DNA of 64,000 nt, from NCBI GenBank assembly GCA_977017575.1, contig CDRNVI010000087.1, forward strand, positions 1 to 64,000. Direction: 5' to 3'. Origin of the DNA: Paramoeba atlantica. Its lineage: Eukaryota; Protista; Discosea. A program made the translations under genes and the position numbers. The notes under the pieces are model-generated. The model ran no database searches. It was not told the DNA's origin and saw only the letters and a list, made by a program, of their open reading frames with translations. Below, piece after piece: positions 20,967-33,726 of the stretch (positions are counted from its first letter, which is position 1; every line of letters starts with the position of its first letter).

Positions 20967-21553
20967 GTGCAATGTACAGGTTTCAACGCCACAGCGAAGC
21001 ACAACATGTTGACCAAGTTTCTGTATGATCTTTGCATGAAAGCCGGTATTCCATGCGAAAGAGAGCCGCGTTCTTTTAGCACGTGGAGTTGTCTAACATG
21101 CGGAAATACAGTCGACTACAACAATCAGCATCTCCACCACAAAACATGCGGAGGACGGCAGTTTCATCGCTCAGGCCCGGATCTTGCGATCTACTGGAAC
21201 AGTGGCGTGGTGTTCTACGACCTAACTGTGGTGCACGAGCTCGCGCCTTCCCATCGGAATAAAAAGTGTTCCCAACTCGTGCGAGAAGCTATACAGCGGA
21301 AAAATGAAACATACGTCAATAGTGGCATGATTCCGGCGGAAGCTTTTGAGTGCCTTCCTGTCTTGTCTGCTGGTCTTTACATAAGAGCACACGGGGCCTA
21401 ATTAAATCACTGACGGATGTCTGCCTGTTGGATACCCAAAACACCGAACAGGCATTCAAGTTGCTACTCCAAGAGCTGAACGGATCCGAAGTATACGCAC
21501 AGCTCCGACATTTTTTGGAGCCTCAAGACTATCAGAAAAGCACTATTCTTTAA
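20967..21553 (+). pseudogene. Family A 3' fragment (RLE), 1-bp deletion frameshift
   Basis: Near-identical to 59778-60367; TTGTCTGCTGG here vs TTGTCCTGCGGG in the full-length copy. Confidence 0.85.
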
Positions 21554-21686
21554 GAAATCAAAAGTACAGAAAAGATACAAATTGGAATTATAAAGCCTGC
21601 GAAGAGATAGACAAAAATCAGTACTAAAAGTTTATGTAAACTTGAGAAAGTAATTTTGATTACGTCTTATATCGAAAAAAAAAAAA

Positions 21687-22092
21687 CTAGCCCGCGAGGG
21701 CTAGGTACCCCAAGTGAGGTAGTACACGGGCAGTGAATCTCCTCCCCGTCGGCTAGCATCCTGTTTCGCGACCGTGTCGCTGTCGACACAGGCCCGCGCC
21801 TGCGCCCTCCTGTATAACAAGGGAAGGGTTCACAAGTCAGGCCGTGGAGAGGTCGAAAGACCCGGCCCGGAACGCGCGAATGGATTGGGCATAGATTGCT
21901 TGTTTTTATTGTTATTGTTTTTATTGTTCTTATACTTACGGGAGATCGAATTCCTAGTTTTGGGTTCCAAAATATGAAATTGCTAATTTGATTGCTTGTT
22001 TTAAAATCATGTACCCCCCCCCCAATGGACCTACTTGGTTCGTCTAATGGGTCAAAATATAGAGGCAATGCCGCAAAAAAAAAAAAAAAAAA
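21687..22092 (+). mobile_element. Structured poly(A)-tailed non-coding element S1
   Basis: Starts CTAGCCC-GCGA-GGGCTAG, GC-rich hairpins including GGTC-GAAA-GACC, AT-rich 3' half, A18 tail. Copies at 27773, 33923 and 55110. Confidence 0.5.
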
Positions 22093-24369
22093 TGTTCACA
22101 GACAGTGACACTAAACAAAAGGATTAAATCCCCAAATGCATCCGTGATATAAGAGTTGAAGTTTCCTTATTGTAAGACCTCGTTGTCAAATCATATTCAG
22201 CGCGGGATACCAACTACGCCCGCACCGCTCTTCTTCTCTCTTCTTCTTCTTCTATTCCGCGCGGAGTTTTTTTGAAAAGGTGGGATGCCCAGCGGCGCGG
22301 CCCCCGTCGTGGGAACGCACGCTCCGCATAAAAGACGTTGTTCTGAATCTCGAGGCGGTTTTACCCACAGAAGCTGCATTCGCAGGCCTTTCAGTGCAAT
22401 TTTCGCCGGGACAGCCCACAGAAAACACCCTTTACCTGAGAGAGGTGCATTTGGGAACGTGAATACGAAACGAGCGAACAGATCACCCGTCCACAAAATC
22501 GTGGAGCATCGAGTGTCGCCGAGTAAATTGAAAGGTGTGATGGAGAAACAGGCGGAATGAGGTGGAATACAATGGTGTGCTGCATGGCGAGGTTGTGGTG
22601 TTTGTTTGCGCTGTTGGGGGTAGAGGTGTCTAGTTTGGTGTGAATTTGTTATCGCATTGGATGTTTCTGTGAAAATCATATTTTCCGGAGTAAGCATACG
22701 GTGGGGGGGAATACAATGGTGCGCTGCGTGGTGCGTCGGGTGTGCTTGTTGTGGCGTTTGAAGAGTAGATGTGTCTACGTTGTAGGGATGGTGTCTGTTT
22801 CATTATGGAGTATTGTACGATGCTTGCAAAAAAAATACTTGCCCTGAGATGAATGTTCACAGACAGTGGCACATGTGCTGCGCTGTTTGAATCAGCTTGT
22901 GATCATCAAAGCCACAACGCTCGAGAAACACACATGCACTCATCTCCTTTTTCGTTTGGCTTTTTTTTTCTTCGTTGTCTTCGCCCTCCCCTCGCCACCC
23001 CCTTGGTCGCCCTCTGTTGCCCCCTGCGTCGCTCTGCCGCGCCGCTTTTCGCCCCCCACCCACTGCGCTGTCCCCTTCGCCGCCCATTCCCCCTCCCTCC
23101 CTGCTCCCACCTGCGCCACTCTTTCCCTTCCCACAACAACAACAACAACAACACTGATATAATCAGTTAAGGGGTTAATATTTTCCCTTAAACATCTTCA
23201 CACCTTAGATTAAAAACACTGACCACACAACTGTTTACCATATCTCAAATTTAATGTTTGTTTTAATGAGTCCTCGCATAATGATGAGTCTTTTCATTAC
23301 AATAAACCAGGAAATGGAACCACCAACGCCCCTAGAGTTCAACGCAAATTGAAGGTATCAACTACTTGAGCGCTTCCCTTCCCACTCTTTCCCTTCATCC
23401 CCTCTGCCACCCCCTCACGCTGCATCTCGAAGAATGGCGCCGCCCGGTACCGAATATAACAAGGTACTAAAAAACTAGTGTAGGCGTCATTCACGCTTTT
23501 CTTTTCTTTTTTCTTTCTTTCTGCGGCTTGCAACTAGCCCATGATAACGGGGCTAGGGTAACAATTTGGAGAGATACGAGCTTGTTGAAGCTGAGGTTTG
23601 GCCTGTTGAAGCTGAGGAGCCAGTCCGCTCGAGGGGATACCACCCTAGAAGACTTGGTCCGTTGAAGCTGAGGTGCTAAAACCGTTGAAGCTGAGAGTCG
23701 ACACTCCCAAACTATGCCAGCAAGCAGGCAAGGGGTCAAGGAGCACTGCTTTTGGCAGTGTCCGGGTGTGGCGAACCCCACCCTCCTAGCTAATCCAGAT
23801 TCCCGCAGCGGACTTTCAGTCTGCGCGTTAGCTGGATCGGCTTGCATTGGCTCTGTGCTGCAATTCTTTTAGGTCTGCGCATGGGTCGTGCGGGTCGGAG
23901 CTACCTTCGGCTCTCTCCGAGGAGGCAACACCCCGTCTACGGGGTTTTTACCTGAATACATAACATAACATAACTTGCCCTGAGATGAATGTTCACAGAC
24001 AGTGGCACATGTGCTGCGCTGTTTGAATCAGCATGTGAGCATCAAAGCCACAACGCTCGAGAAACACACATGCACTCATCTCCTTTTTCGTTTGGCATTT
24101 GCCACGTTTTTCAGTTTTTTGTTCTAAAAGTGACGTTCGATTTGGGGTGGTGTGGATCGCGCTTTGGAGCCAGGAAGTCGTGCGAGGCTGTCGGCTATCC
24201 GAACGGCGGCTTCTCGAATCTTGTCCCGCTGGGAGGTGCAGAATGGCATCGGAGAGATGAAAACAAATCAAGCACGATTAGATTCATACGGACGAATTCT
24301 TAGCTGGAGAGAATGGTTGAAAACTGTTCACTCGATCTTGATCAGTTCCTTGTGGTAGAGACTCGGAAG

Positions 24370-24450
24370 GCGTCTATACCCAAGTGGTTAAGGGGCCTGA
24401 CTTGAAATCAGGTGTGTTCTCACGCGCAGGTTCAAACCATGCTGGGCGCG
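24370..24450 (+). tRNA. tRNA-Ser(TGA) copy, T-stem mismatch
   Basis: CCATGC variant. Confidence 0.75.
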
Positions 24451-24802
24451 TTTTCCTTCCACAAGCGTTGTCAAATCATATTCAGCGCGGGGTACCAACT
24501 ACGCCCGCACCGCTCTTCTTCTCTCTTCTTCTTCTTCTATTCCGCGCGGAGTTTTTTTGAAAAGGTGGGATGCCCAGCGGCGCGGCACCCGTCGTGGGAA
24601 CTCACGCTCCGCATAAAAGACGTTGTTCTGAATCTCGAGGCGGTTTTACCCACAGAAGCTGCATTCGCAGGCCTTTCAGTGCAATTTTCGCCAGGACAGC
24701 CCACAGAAAACACCCTTTACCTGAGAGAGGTGCATTTGGGAACGTGAATACGAAACGAGCGAACAGATCACCCGCCCACAAAATCGTGGAGCATCGAGAT
24801 TA

Positions 24803-25525
24803 GTGCCCAGCAGACTATTCACCCTTGCGGTAATGCCTCGTTTTGGACTGGCACATCCCAGGCTCCCTGCACACCTACAGTGCCCCGGGTGTCACACCTT
24901 GCTGACTTCCGAGAACGCTATTTCCCACGTGGCTGGATGCTCGACTTGCACTGGTAACAACGCGACAACGAAGCACAACAAAATGGTCCACAGACTGTAT
25001 GAATTATGCATCAAAGCAGGCATTCCTTGTGAACGAGAACCCCGGCAGTTCTCTACGTACACGTGTGGCAAATGTGGAGCTCATCTGGATGGGGATTCTA
25101 AACCATCACACCAAAGGATCTGCGGATCAGGATCTTTTCACCACTCAGGGCCGGATCTAGTTATTCACTGGGCCGACGGAGACGTATTCTACGACTTCAC
25201 CATTGTGCATGAACTATGTCCTTCGAATTTAACGCGAGGCGGCACAATCCTTATGAGGGACGCCATCAAACGGAAGAACAAGACGTACGTAGCCTCAAAA
25301 CTGCTCCCCCAAATCCAATTTCAGTGCATACCGATGCTTGCAGGAGGAGCTATGCACGCTAACACAAAGAACCTACTTCTCGCTTTAGCCGACGCGTGTG
25401 GATTAGAGCGGGATTACGTGATCCAAGATTTTACACTTCGATTACAAGAATTCAACGGATCGGTTGTTCTCTCGCAACTTGGCAAATTTCTAGTGCCGCA
25501 GAGCCGAGAAGATACGGCGATTTAA
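24803..25525 (+). CDS. Family B CCHC-RLE ORF copy
   Basis: Identical protein to 18717-19439. Confidence 0.8.
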   Translation: MPSRLFTLAVMPRFGLAHPRLPAHLQCPGCHTLLTSENAISHVAGCSTCTGNNATTKHNKMVHRLYELCIKAGIPCEREPRQFSTYTCGKCGAHLDGDSKPSHQRICGSGSFHHSGPDLVIHWADGDVFYDFTIVHELCPSNLTRGGTILMRDAIKRKNKTYVASKLLPQIQFQCIPMLAGGAMHANTKNLLLALADACGLERDYVIQDFTLRLQEFNGSVVLSQLGKFLVPQSREDTAI

Positions 25526-26108
25526 TCAACCATTCTTTATTAATTATGAAAACTTGAGAAAGTAATTGTGGTTCCGGCTCAACACATGAGAGAAAATCAT
25601 ATTATTCATTATCTGAAAACATCTGTCAGTTTCTTCGTCTGTAGGTTCCTTTGAGATACAGTTTATTTTAAACGAGCGAACAGATCACCCGCCCACAAAA
25701 TCGTGGAGATTTTCCACGTCCACCCCGTTACATCGTGTCTCAAGCCTCCTTTGCGTAAGCAGCTCGCAATTTAGCGGCTGCGCTGGAGCCTGGTTCAACT
25801 CGGCGGTTCCGGGTTGGTCCTCCAGGGGAGCGGGGTTGGGTGTGGGCCTTGAAGGCACTCCTGATCGCTTTCCCTTTGTAGTGAGGCCGCCAGGTTGCGA
25901 GTTTTGTCGATAGCGGGAATCGAACCCACAACCTACAGGTTGTAAGGCCCACCGTCTACCAACTACGCCCGCACCGCACTTATGGCATCGGAGAGATGAA
26001 AACAAATCAAGCACGATTAGATTCATACGGACGAATTCTTAGCTGGAGAGAATGGTTGAAAACTGTTCACTCGATCTTGATCAGTTCCTTGTGGTAGAGA
26101 CTCGGAAG

Positions 26109-26189
26109 GCGTCTATACCCAAGTGGTTAAGGGGCCTGACTTGAAATCAGGTGTGTTCTCACGCGCAGGTTGAAACCCTGCTGGGCGCG
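26109..26189 (+). tRNA. tRNA-Ser(TGA) copy, B-box lesion
   Basis: TTGAAAC variant. Confidence 0.7.
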
Positions 26190-26206
26190 TTTTCCTTCCA
26201 CAAGCG

Positions 26207-26959
26207 TTGTCATGGCTCACCTCAAATTCTAGACTTGTACCTACGCGACTTTTCAAGTTAGCAGTTATGCCACGCATTGGGATTGCACATCCGAGCCTCC
26301 CCTCCAATTTACAGTGTCCAGGGTGCCATGCATTACTTAACCCCCGTACAGCGCTCACGCACGTGTCCGGGTGCGTCAAATGTTCAGGCAATAACGCAAC
26401 GGCAAAGCACAACAAGATGGTTCGGAATATTTATGAATTATGCATAAAATCAGGTCTGCCCTTTGAGCTGGAACCCAGACAGTTCTCCACCTACACTTGC
26501 GCAAAATGTGGAGCAAGCGTGGATGGCGACGGCAAATCCCATCACCAAAGAACCTGCGGATCCGGATCTTTTTATCATTCGGGCCCAGATATCGTGATTC
26601 ATTGGGCAAGCGGAGATGTATACTACGATTTCACCATCGGCCACGAGCTATCGCAATCAAATGTTGGACGTAGCACCGCTCAGCTTTTCCGTGATGCCAT
26701 AAAACGCAAAGTCTCCAAATACGTGGCGTCTAAGCTTATTCCTAATGAGCAATTCCAATGTGTACCAATGCTCTCCGGCGGTGCAATGCACAGCAACACC
26801 AAAGCGCTTATCACAACCCTGGCTGATGCATGTGGACTCGAACGGGACTTCGTAGTACAGGATTTCACCCTTCGACTACAGGAACTTAACGGTTCAGTGG
26901 TGATGTCCCAACTCCGCAAATACATAGCCACAACTCAAGTGGACAATACGGCTTTTTAG
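26207..26959 (+). CDS. Family C CCHC-RLE ORF copy
   Basis: Identical protein to 20121-20873. Confidence 0.8.
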   Translation: MSWLTSNSRLVPTRLFKLAVMPRIGIAHPSLPSNLQCPGCHALLNPRTALTHVSGCVKCSGNNATAKHNKMVRNIYELCIKSGLPFELEPRQFSTYTCAKCGASVDGDGKSHHQRTCGSGSFYHSGPDIVIHWASGDVYYDFTIGHELSQSNVGRSTAQLFRDAIKRKVSKYVASKLIPNEQFQCVPMLSGGAMHSNTKALITTLADACGLERDFVVQDFTLRLQELNGSVVMSQLRKYIATTQVDNTAF

Positions 26960-27052
26960 GCACGTGCGAGTTTTTCGGTAGGCGTTGACTATTGATATAA
27001 GAGTTGAAGTTTAGACGACTGAAAGTCTATGAAAAGAAACTGAGATGAATGC

Positions 27053-27639
27053 GTGCAATGTACAGGTTTCAACGCCACAGCGAAGCACAACATGTTGACC
27101 AAGTTTCTGTATGATCTTTGCATGAAAGCCGGTATTCCATGCGAAAGAGAGCCGCGTTCTTTTAGCACGTGGAGTTGTCTAACATGCGGAAATACAGTCG
27201 ACTACAACAATCAGCATCTCCACCACAAAACATGCGGAGGACGGCAGTTTCATCGCTCAGGCCCGGATCTTGCGATCTACTGGAACAGTGGCGTGGTGTT
27301 CTACGACCTAACTGTGGTGCACGAGCTCGCGCCTTCCCATCGGAATAAAAAGTGTTCCCAACTCGTGCGAGAAGCTATACAGCGGAAAAATGAAACATAC
27401 GTCAATAGTGGCATGATTCCGGCGGAAGCTTTTGAGTGCCTTCCTGTCTTGTCTGCTGGTCTTTACATAAGAGCACACGGGGCCTAATTAAATCACTGAC
27501 GGATGTCTGCCTGTTGGATACCCAAAACACCGAACAGGCATTCAAGTTGCTACTCCAAGAGCTGAACGGATCCGAAGTATACGCACAGCTCCGACATTTT
27601 TTGGAGCCTCAAGACTATCAGAAAAGCACTATTCTTTAA
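27053..27639 (+). pseudogene. Family A 3' fragment copy
   Basis: Same frameshift as 20967. Confidence 0.85.
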
Positions 27640-30456
27640 GAAATCAAAAGTACAGAAAAGATACAAATTGGAATTATAAAGCCTGCGAAGAGATAGACAA
27701 AAATCAGTACTAAAAGTTTATGTAAACTTGAGAAAGTAATTTTGATTACGTCTTATATCGAAAAAAAAAAAACTAGCCCGCGAGGGCTAGGTACCCCAAG
27801 TGAGGTAGTACACGGGCAGTGAATCTCCTCCCCGTCGGCTAGCATCCTGTTTCGCGACCGTGTCGCTGTCGACACAGGCCCGCGCCTGCGCCCTCCTGTA
27901 TAACAAGGGAAGGGTTCACAAGTCAGGCCGTGGAGAGGTCGAAAGACCCGGCCCGGAACGCGCGAATGGATTGGGCATAGATTGCTTGTTTTTATTGTTA
28001 TTGTTTTTATTGTTCTTATACTTACGGGAGATCGAATTCCTAGTTTTGGGTTCCAAAATATGAAATTGCTAATTTGATTGCTTGTTTTAAAATCATGTAC
28101 CCCCCCCCCCAATGGACCTACTTGGTTCGTCTAATGGGTCAAAATATAGAGGCAATGCCGCAAAAAAAAAAAAAAAAAATGTTCACAGACAGTGACACTA
28201 AACAAAAGGATTAAATCCCCAAATGCATCCGTGATATAAGAGTTGAAGTTTCCTTATTGTAAGACCTCGTTGTCAAATCATATTCAGCGCGGGATACCAA
28301 CTACGCCCGCACCGCTCTTCTTCTCTCTTCTTCTTCTTCTATTCCGCGCGGAGTTTTTTTGAAAAGGTGGGATGCCCAGCGGCGCGGCCCCCGTCGTGGG
28401 AACGCACGCTCCGCATAAAAGACGTTGTTCTGAATCTCGAGGCGGTTTTACCCACAGAAGCTGCATTCGCAGGCCTTTCAGTGCAATTTTCGCCGGGACA
28501 GCCCACAGAAAACACCCTTTACCTGAGAGAGGTGCATTTGGGAACGTGAATACGAAACGAGCGAACAGATCACCCGTCCACAAAATCGTGGAGCATCGAG
28601 TGTCGCCGAGTAAATTGAAAGGTGTGATGGAGAAACAGGCGGAATGAGGTGGAATACAATGGTGTGCTGCATGGCGAGGTTGTGGTGTTTGTTTGCGCTG
28701 TTGGGGGTAGAGGTGTCTAGTTTGGTGTGAATTTGTTATCGCATTGGATGTTTCTGTGAAAATCATATTTTCCGGAGTAAGCATACGGTGGGGGGGAATA
28801 CAATGGTGCGCTGCGTGGTGCGTCGGGTGTGCTTGTTGTGGCGTTTGAAGAGTAGATGTGTCTACGTTGTAGGGATGGTGTCTGTTTCATTATGGAGTAT
28901 TGTACGATGCTTGCAAAAAAAATACTTGCCCTGAGATGAATGTTCACAGACAGTGGCACATGTGCTGCGCTGTTTGAATCAGCTTGTGATCATCAAAGCC
29001 ACAACGCTCGAGAAACACACATGCACTCATCTCCTTTTTCGTTTGGCTTTTTTTTTCTTCGTTGTCTTCGCCCTCCCCTCGCCACCCCCTTGGTCGCCCT
29101 CTGTTGCCCCCTGCGTCGCTCTGCCGCGCCGCTTTTCGCCCCCCACCCACTGCGCTGTCCCCTTCGCCGCCCATTCCCCCTCCCTCCCTGCTCCCACCTG
29201 CGCCACTCTTTCCCTTCCCACAACAACAACAACAACAACACTGATATAATCAGTTAAGGGGTTAATATTTTCCCTTAAACATCTTCACACCTTAGATTAA
29301 AAACACTGACCACACAACTGTTTACCATATCTCAAATTTAATGTTTGTTTTAATGAGTCCTCGCATAATGATGAGTCTTTTCATTACAATAAACCAGGAA
29401 ATGGAACCACCAACGCCCCTAGAGTTCAACGCAAATTGAAGGTATCAACTACTTGAGCGCTTCCCTTCCCACTCTTTCCCTTCATCCCCTCTGCCACCCC
29501 CTCACGCTGCATCTCGAAGAATGGCGCCGCCCGGTACCGAATATAACAAGGTACTAAAAAACTAGTGTAGGCGTCATTCACGCTTTTCTTTTCTTTTTTC
29601 TTTCTTTCTGCGGCTTGCAACTAGCCCATGATAACGGGGCTAGGGTAACAATTTGGAGAGATACGAGCTTGTTGAAGCTGAGGTTTGGCCTGTTGAAGCT
29701 GAGGAGCCAGTCCGCTCGAGGGGATACCACCCTAGAAGACTTGGTCCGTTGAAGCTGAGGTGCTAAAACCGTTGAAGCTGAGAGTCGACACTCCCAAACT
29801 ATGCCAGCAAGCAGGCAAGGGGTCAAGGAGCACTGCTTTTGGCAGTGTCCGGGTGTGGCGAACCCCACCCTCCTAGCTAATCCAGATTCCCGCAGCGGAC
29901 TTTCAGTCTGCGCGTTAGCTGGATCGGCTTGCATTGGCTCTGTGCTGCAATCCTTTTAGGTCTGCGCATGGGTCGTGCGGGTCGGAGCTACCTTCGGCTC
30001 TCTCCGAGGAGGCAACACCCCGTCTACGGGGTTTTTACCTGAATACATAACATAACATAACTTGCCCTGAGATGAATGTTCACAGACAGTGGCACATGTG
30101 CTGCGCTGTTTGAATCAGCATGTGAGCATCAAAGCCACAACGCTCGAGAAACACACATGCACTCATCTCCTTTTTCGTTTGGCATTTGCCACGTTTTTCA
30201 GTTTTTTGTTCTAAAAGTGACGTTCGATTTGGGGTGGTGTGGATCGCGCTTTGGAGCCAGGAAGTCGTGCGAGGCTGTCGGCTATCCGAACGGCGGCTTC
30301 TCGAATCTTGTCCCGCTGGGAGGTGCAGAATGGCATCGGAGAGATGAAAACAAATCAAGCACGATTAGATTCATACGGACGAATTCTTAGCTGGAGAGAA
30401 TGGTTGAAAACTGTTCACTCGATCTTGATCAGTTCCTTGTGGTAGAGACTCGGAAG

Positions 30457-30537
30457 GCGTCTATACCCAAATGGTTAAGGGGCCTGACTTGAAATCAGGT
30501 GTGTTCTCACGCGCAGGTTCAAACCATGCTGGGCGCG
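30457..30537 (+). tRNA. tRNA-Ser(TGA) copy, A-box and T-stem lesions
   Basis: AAATGG and CCATGC variants. Confidence 0.65.
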
Positions 30538-30889
30538 TTTTCCTTCCACAAGCGTTGTCAAATCATATTCAGCGCGGGGTACCAACTACGCCCGCACCGC
30601 TCTTCTTCTCTCTTCTTCTTCTTCTATTCCGCGCGGAGTTTTTTTGAAAAGGTGGGATGCCCAGCGGCGCGGCACCCGTCGTGGGAACTCACGCTCCGCA
30701 TAAAAGACGTTGTTCTGAATCTCGAGGCAGTTTTACCCACAGAAGCTGCATTCGCAGGCCTTTCAGTGCAATTTTCGCCAGGACAGCCCACAGAAAACAC
30801 CCTTTACCTGAGAGAGGTGCATTTGGGAACGTGAATACGAAACGAGCGAACAGATCACCCGCCCACAAAATCGTGGAGCATCGAGATTA

Positions 30890-31612
30890 GTGCCCAGCAG
30901 ACTATTCACCCTTGCGGTAATGCCTCGTTTTGGACTGGCACATCCCAGGCTCCCTGCACACCTACAGTGCCCCGGGTGTCACACCTTGCTGACTTCCGAG
31001 AACGCTATTTCCCACGTGGCTGGATGCTCGACTTGCACTGGTAACAACGCGACAACGAAGCACAACAAAATGGTCCACAGACTGTATGAATTATGCATCA
31101 AAGCAGGCATTCCTTGTGAACGAGAACCCCGGCAGTTCTCTACGTACACGTGTGGCAAATGTGGAGCTCATCTGGATGGGGATTCTAAACCATCACACCA
31201 AAGGATCTGCGGATCAGGATCTTTTCACCACTCAGGGCCGGATCTAGTTATTCACTGGGCCGACGGAGACGTATTCTACGACTTCACCATTGTGCATGAA
31301 CTATGTCCTTCGAATTTAACGCGAGGCGGCACAATCCTTATGAGGGACGCCATCAAACGGAAGAACAAGACGTACGTAGCCTCAAAACTGCTCCCCCAAA
31401 TCCAATTTCAGTGCATACCGATGCTTGCAGGAGGAGCTATGCACGCTAACACAAAGAACCTACTTCTCGCTTTAGCCGACGCGTGTGGATTAGAGCGGGA
31501 TTACGTGATCCAAGATTTTACACTTCGATTACAAGAATTCAACGGATCGGTTGTTCTCTCGCAACTTGGCAATTTTCTAGTGCCGCAGAGCCGAGAAGAT
31601 ACGGCGATTTAA
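30890..31612 (+). CDS. Family B CCHC-RLE ORF copy
   Basis: One substitution (LGKF to LGNF). Confidence 0.8.
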   Translation: MPSRLFTLAVMPRFGLAHPRLPAHLQCPGCHTLLTSENAISHVAGCSTCTGNNATTKHNKMVHRLYELCIKAGIPCEREPRQFSTYTCGKCGAHLDGDSKPSHQRICGSGSFHHSGPDLVIHWADGDVFYDFTIVHELCPSNLTRGGTILMRDAIKRKNKTYVASKLLPQIQFQCIPMLAGGAMHANTKNLLLALADACGLERDYVIQDFTLRLQEFNGSVVLSQLGNFLVPQSREDTAI

Positions 31613-32195
31613 TCAACCATTCTTTATTAATTATGAAAACTTGAGAAAGTAATTGTGGTTCCGGCTCAACACATGAGAGAAAATCATATTATTCATTATC
31701 TGAAAACATCTGTCAGTTTCTTCGTCTTTAGGTTCCTTTGAGATACAGTTTATTTTAAACGAGCGAACAGATCACCCGCCCACAAAATCGTGGAGATTTT
31801 CCACGTCCACCCCGTTACATCGTGTCTCAAGCCTCCTTTGCGTAAGCAGCTCGCAATTTAGCGGCTGCGCTGGAGCCTGGTTCAACTCGGCGGTTCCGGG
31901 TTGGTCCTCCAGGGGAGCGGGGTTGGGTGTGGGCCTTGAAGGAACTCCTGATCGCTTTCCCTTTGTAGTGAGGCCGCCAGGTTGCGAGTTTTGTCGATAG
32001 CGGGAATCGAACCCACAACCTACAGGTTGTAAGGCCCACCGTCTACCAACTACGCCCGCACCGCACTTATGGCATCGGAGAGATGAAAACAAATCAAGCA
32101 CGATTAGATTCATACGGACGAATTCTTAGCTGGAGAGAATGGTTGAAAACTGTTCACTCGATCTTGATCAGTTCCTTGTGGTAGAGACTCGGAAG

Positions 32196-32276
32196 GCGTC
32201 TATACCCAAGTGGTTAAGGGGCCTGACTTGAAATCAGGTGTGTTCTCACGCGCAGGTTGAAACCCTGCTGGGCGCG
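32196..32276 (+). tRNA. tRNA-Ser(TGA) copy, B-box lesion
   Basis: TTGAAAC variant. Confidence 0.7.
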
Positions 32277-32293
32277 TTTTCCTTCCACAAGCG

Positions 32294-33046
32294 TTGTCAT
32301 GGCTCACCTCAAATTCTAGACTTGTACCTACGCGACTTTTCAAGTTAGCAGTTATGCCACGCATTGGGATTGCACATCCGAGCCTCCCCTCCAATTTACA
32401 GTGTCCAGGGTGCCATGCATTACTTAACCCCCGTACAGCGCTCACGCACGTGTCCGGGTGCGTCAAATGTTCAGGCAATAACGCAACGGCAAAGCACAAC
32501 AAGATGGTTCGGAATATTTATGAATTATGCATAAAATCAGGTCTGCCCTTTGAGCTGGAACCCAGACAGTTCTCCACCTACACTTGCGCAAAATGTGGAG
32601 CAAGCGTGGATGGCGACGGCAAATCCCATCACCAAAGAACCTGCGGATCCGGATCTTTTTATCATTCGGGCCCAGATATCGTGATTCATTGGGCAAGCGG
32701 AGATGTATACTACGATTTCACCATCGGCCACGAGCTATCGCAATCAAATGTTGGACGTAGCACCGCTCAGCTTTTCCGTGATGCCATAAAACGCAAAGTC
32801 TCCAAATACGTGGCGTCTAAGCTTATTCCTAATGAGCAATTCCAATGTGTACCAATGCTCTCCGGCGGTGCAATGCACAGCAACACCAAAGCGCTTATCA
32901 CAACCCTGGCTGATGCATGTGGACTCGAACGGGACTTCGTAGTACAGGATTTCACCCTTCGACTACAGGAACTTAACGGTTCAGTGGTGATGTCCCAACT
33001 CCGCAAATACATAGCCACAACTCAAGTGGACAATACGGCTTTTTAG
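32294..33046 (+). CDS. Family C CCHC-RLE ORF copy
   Basis: Identical protein to 20121. Confidence 0.8.
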   Translation: MSWLTSNSRLVPTRLFKLAVMPRIGIAHPSLPSNLQCPGCHALLNPRTALTHVSGCVKCSGNNATAKHNKMVRNIYELCIKSGLPFELEPRQFSTYTCAKCGASVDGDGKSHHQRTCGSGSFYHSGPDIVIHWASGDVYYDFTIGHELSQSNVGRSTAQLFRDAIKRKVSKYVASKLIPNEQFQCVPMLSGGAMHSNTKALITTLADACGLERDFVVQDFTLRLQELNGSVVMSQLRKYIATTQVDNTAF

Positions 33047-33139
33047 GCACGTGCGAGTTTTTCGGTAGGCGTTGACTATTGATATAAGAGTTGAAGTTTA
33101 GACGACTGAAAGTCTATGAAAAGAAACTGAGATGAATGC

Positions 33140-33726
33140 GTGCAATGTACAGGTTTCAACGCCACAGCGAAGCACAACATGTTGACCAAGTTTCTGTATG
33201 ATCTTTGCATGAAAGCCGGTATTCCATGCGAAAGAGAGCCGCGTTCTTTTAGCACGTGGAGTTGTCTAACATGCGGAAATACAGTCGACTACAACAATCA
33301 GCATCTCCACCACAAAACATGCGGAGGACGGCAGTTTCATCGCTCAGGCCCGGATCTTGCGATCTACTGGAACAGTGGCGTGGTGTTCTACGACCTAACT
33401 GTGGTGCACGAGCTCGCGCCTTCCCATCGGAATAAAAAGTGTTCCCAACTCGTGCGAGAAGCTATACAGCGGAAAAATGAAACATACGTCAATAGTGGCA
33501 TGATTCCGGCGGAAGCTTTTGAGTGCCTTCCTGTCTTGTCTGCTGGTCTTTACATAAGAGCACACGGGGCCTAATTAAATCACTGACGGATGTCTGCCTG
33601 TTGGATACCCAAAACACCGAACAGGCATTCAAGTTGCTACTCCAAGAGCTGAACGGATCCGAAGTATACGCACAGCTCCGACATTTTTTGGAGCCTCAAG
33701 ACTATCAGAAAAGCACTATTCTTTAA
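33140..33726 (+). pseudogene. Family A 3' fragment copy
   Basis: Same frameshift as 20967. Confidence 0.85.
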
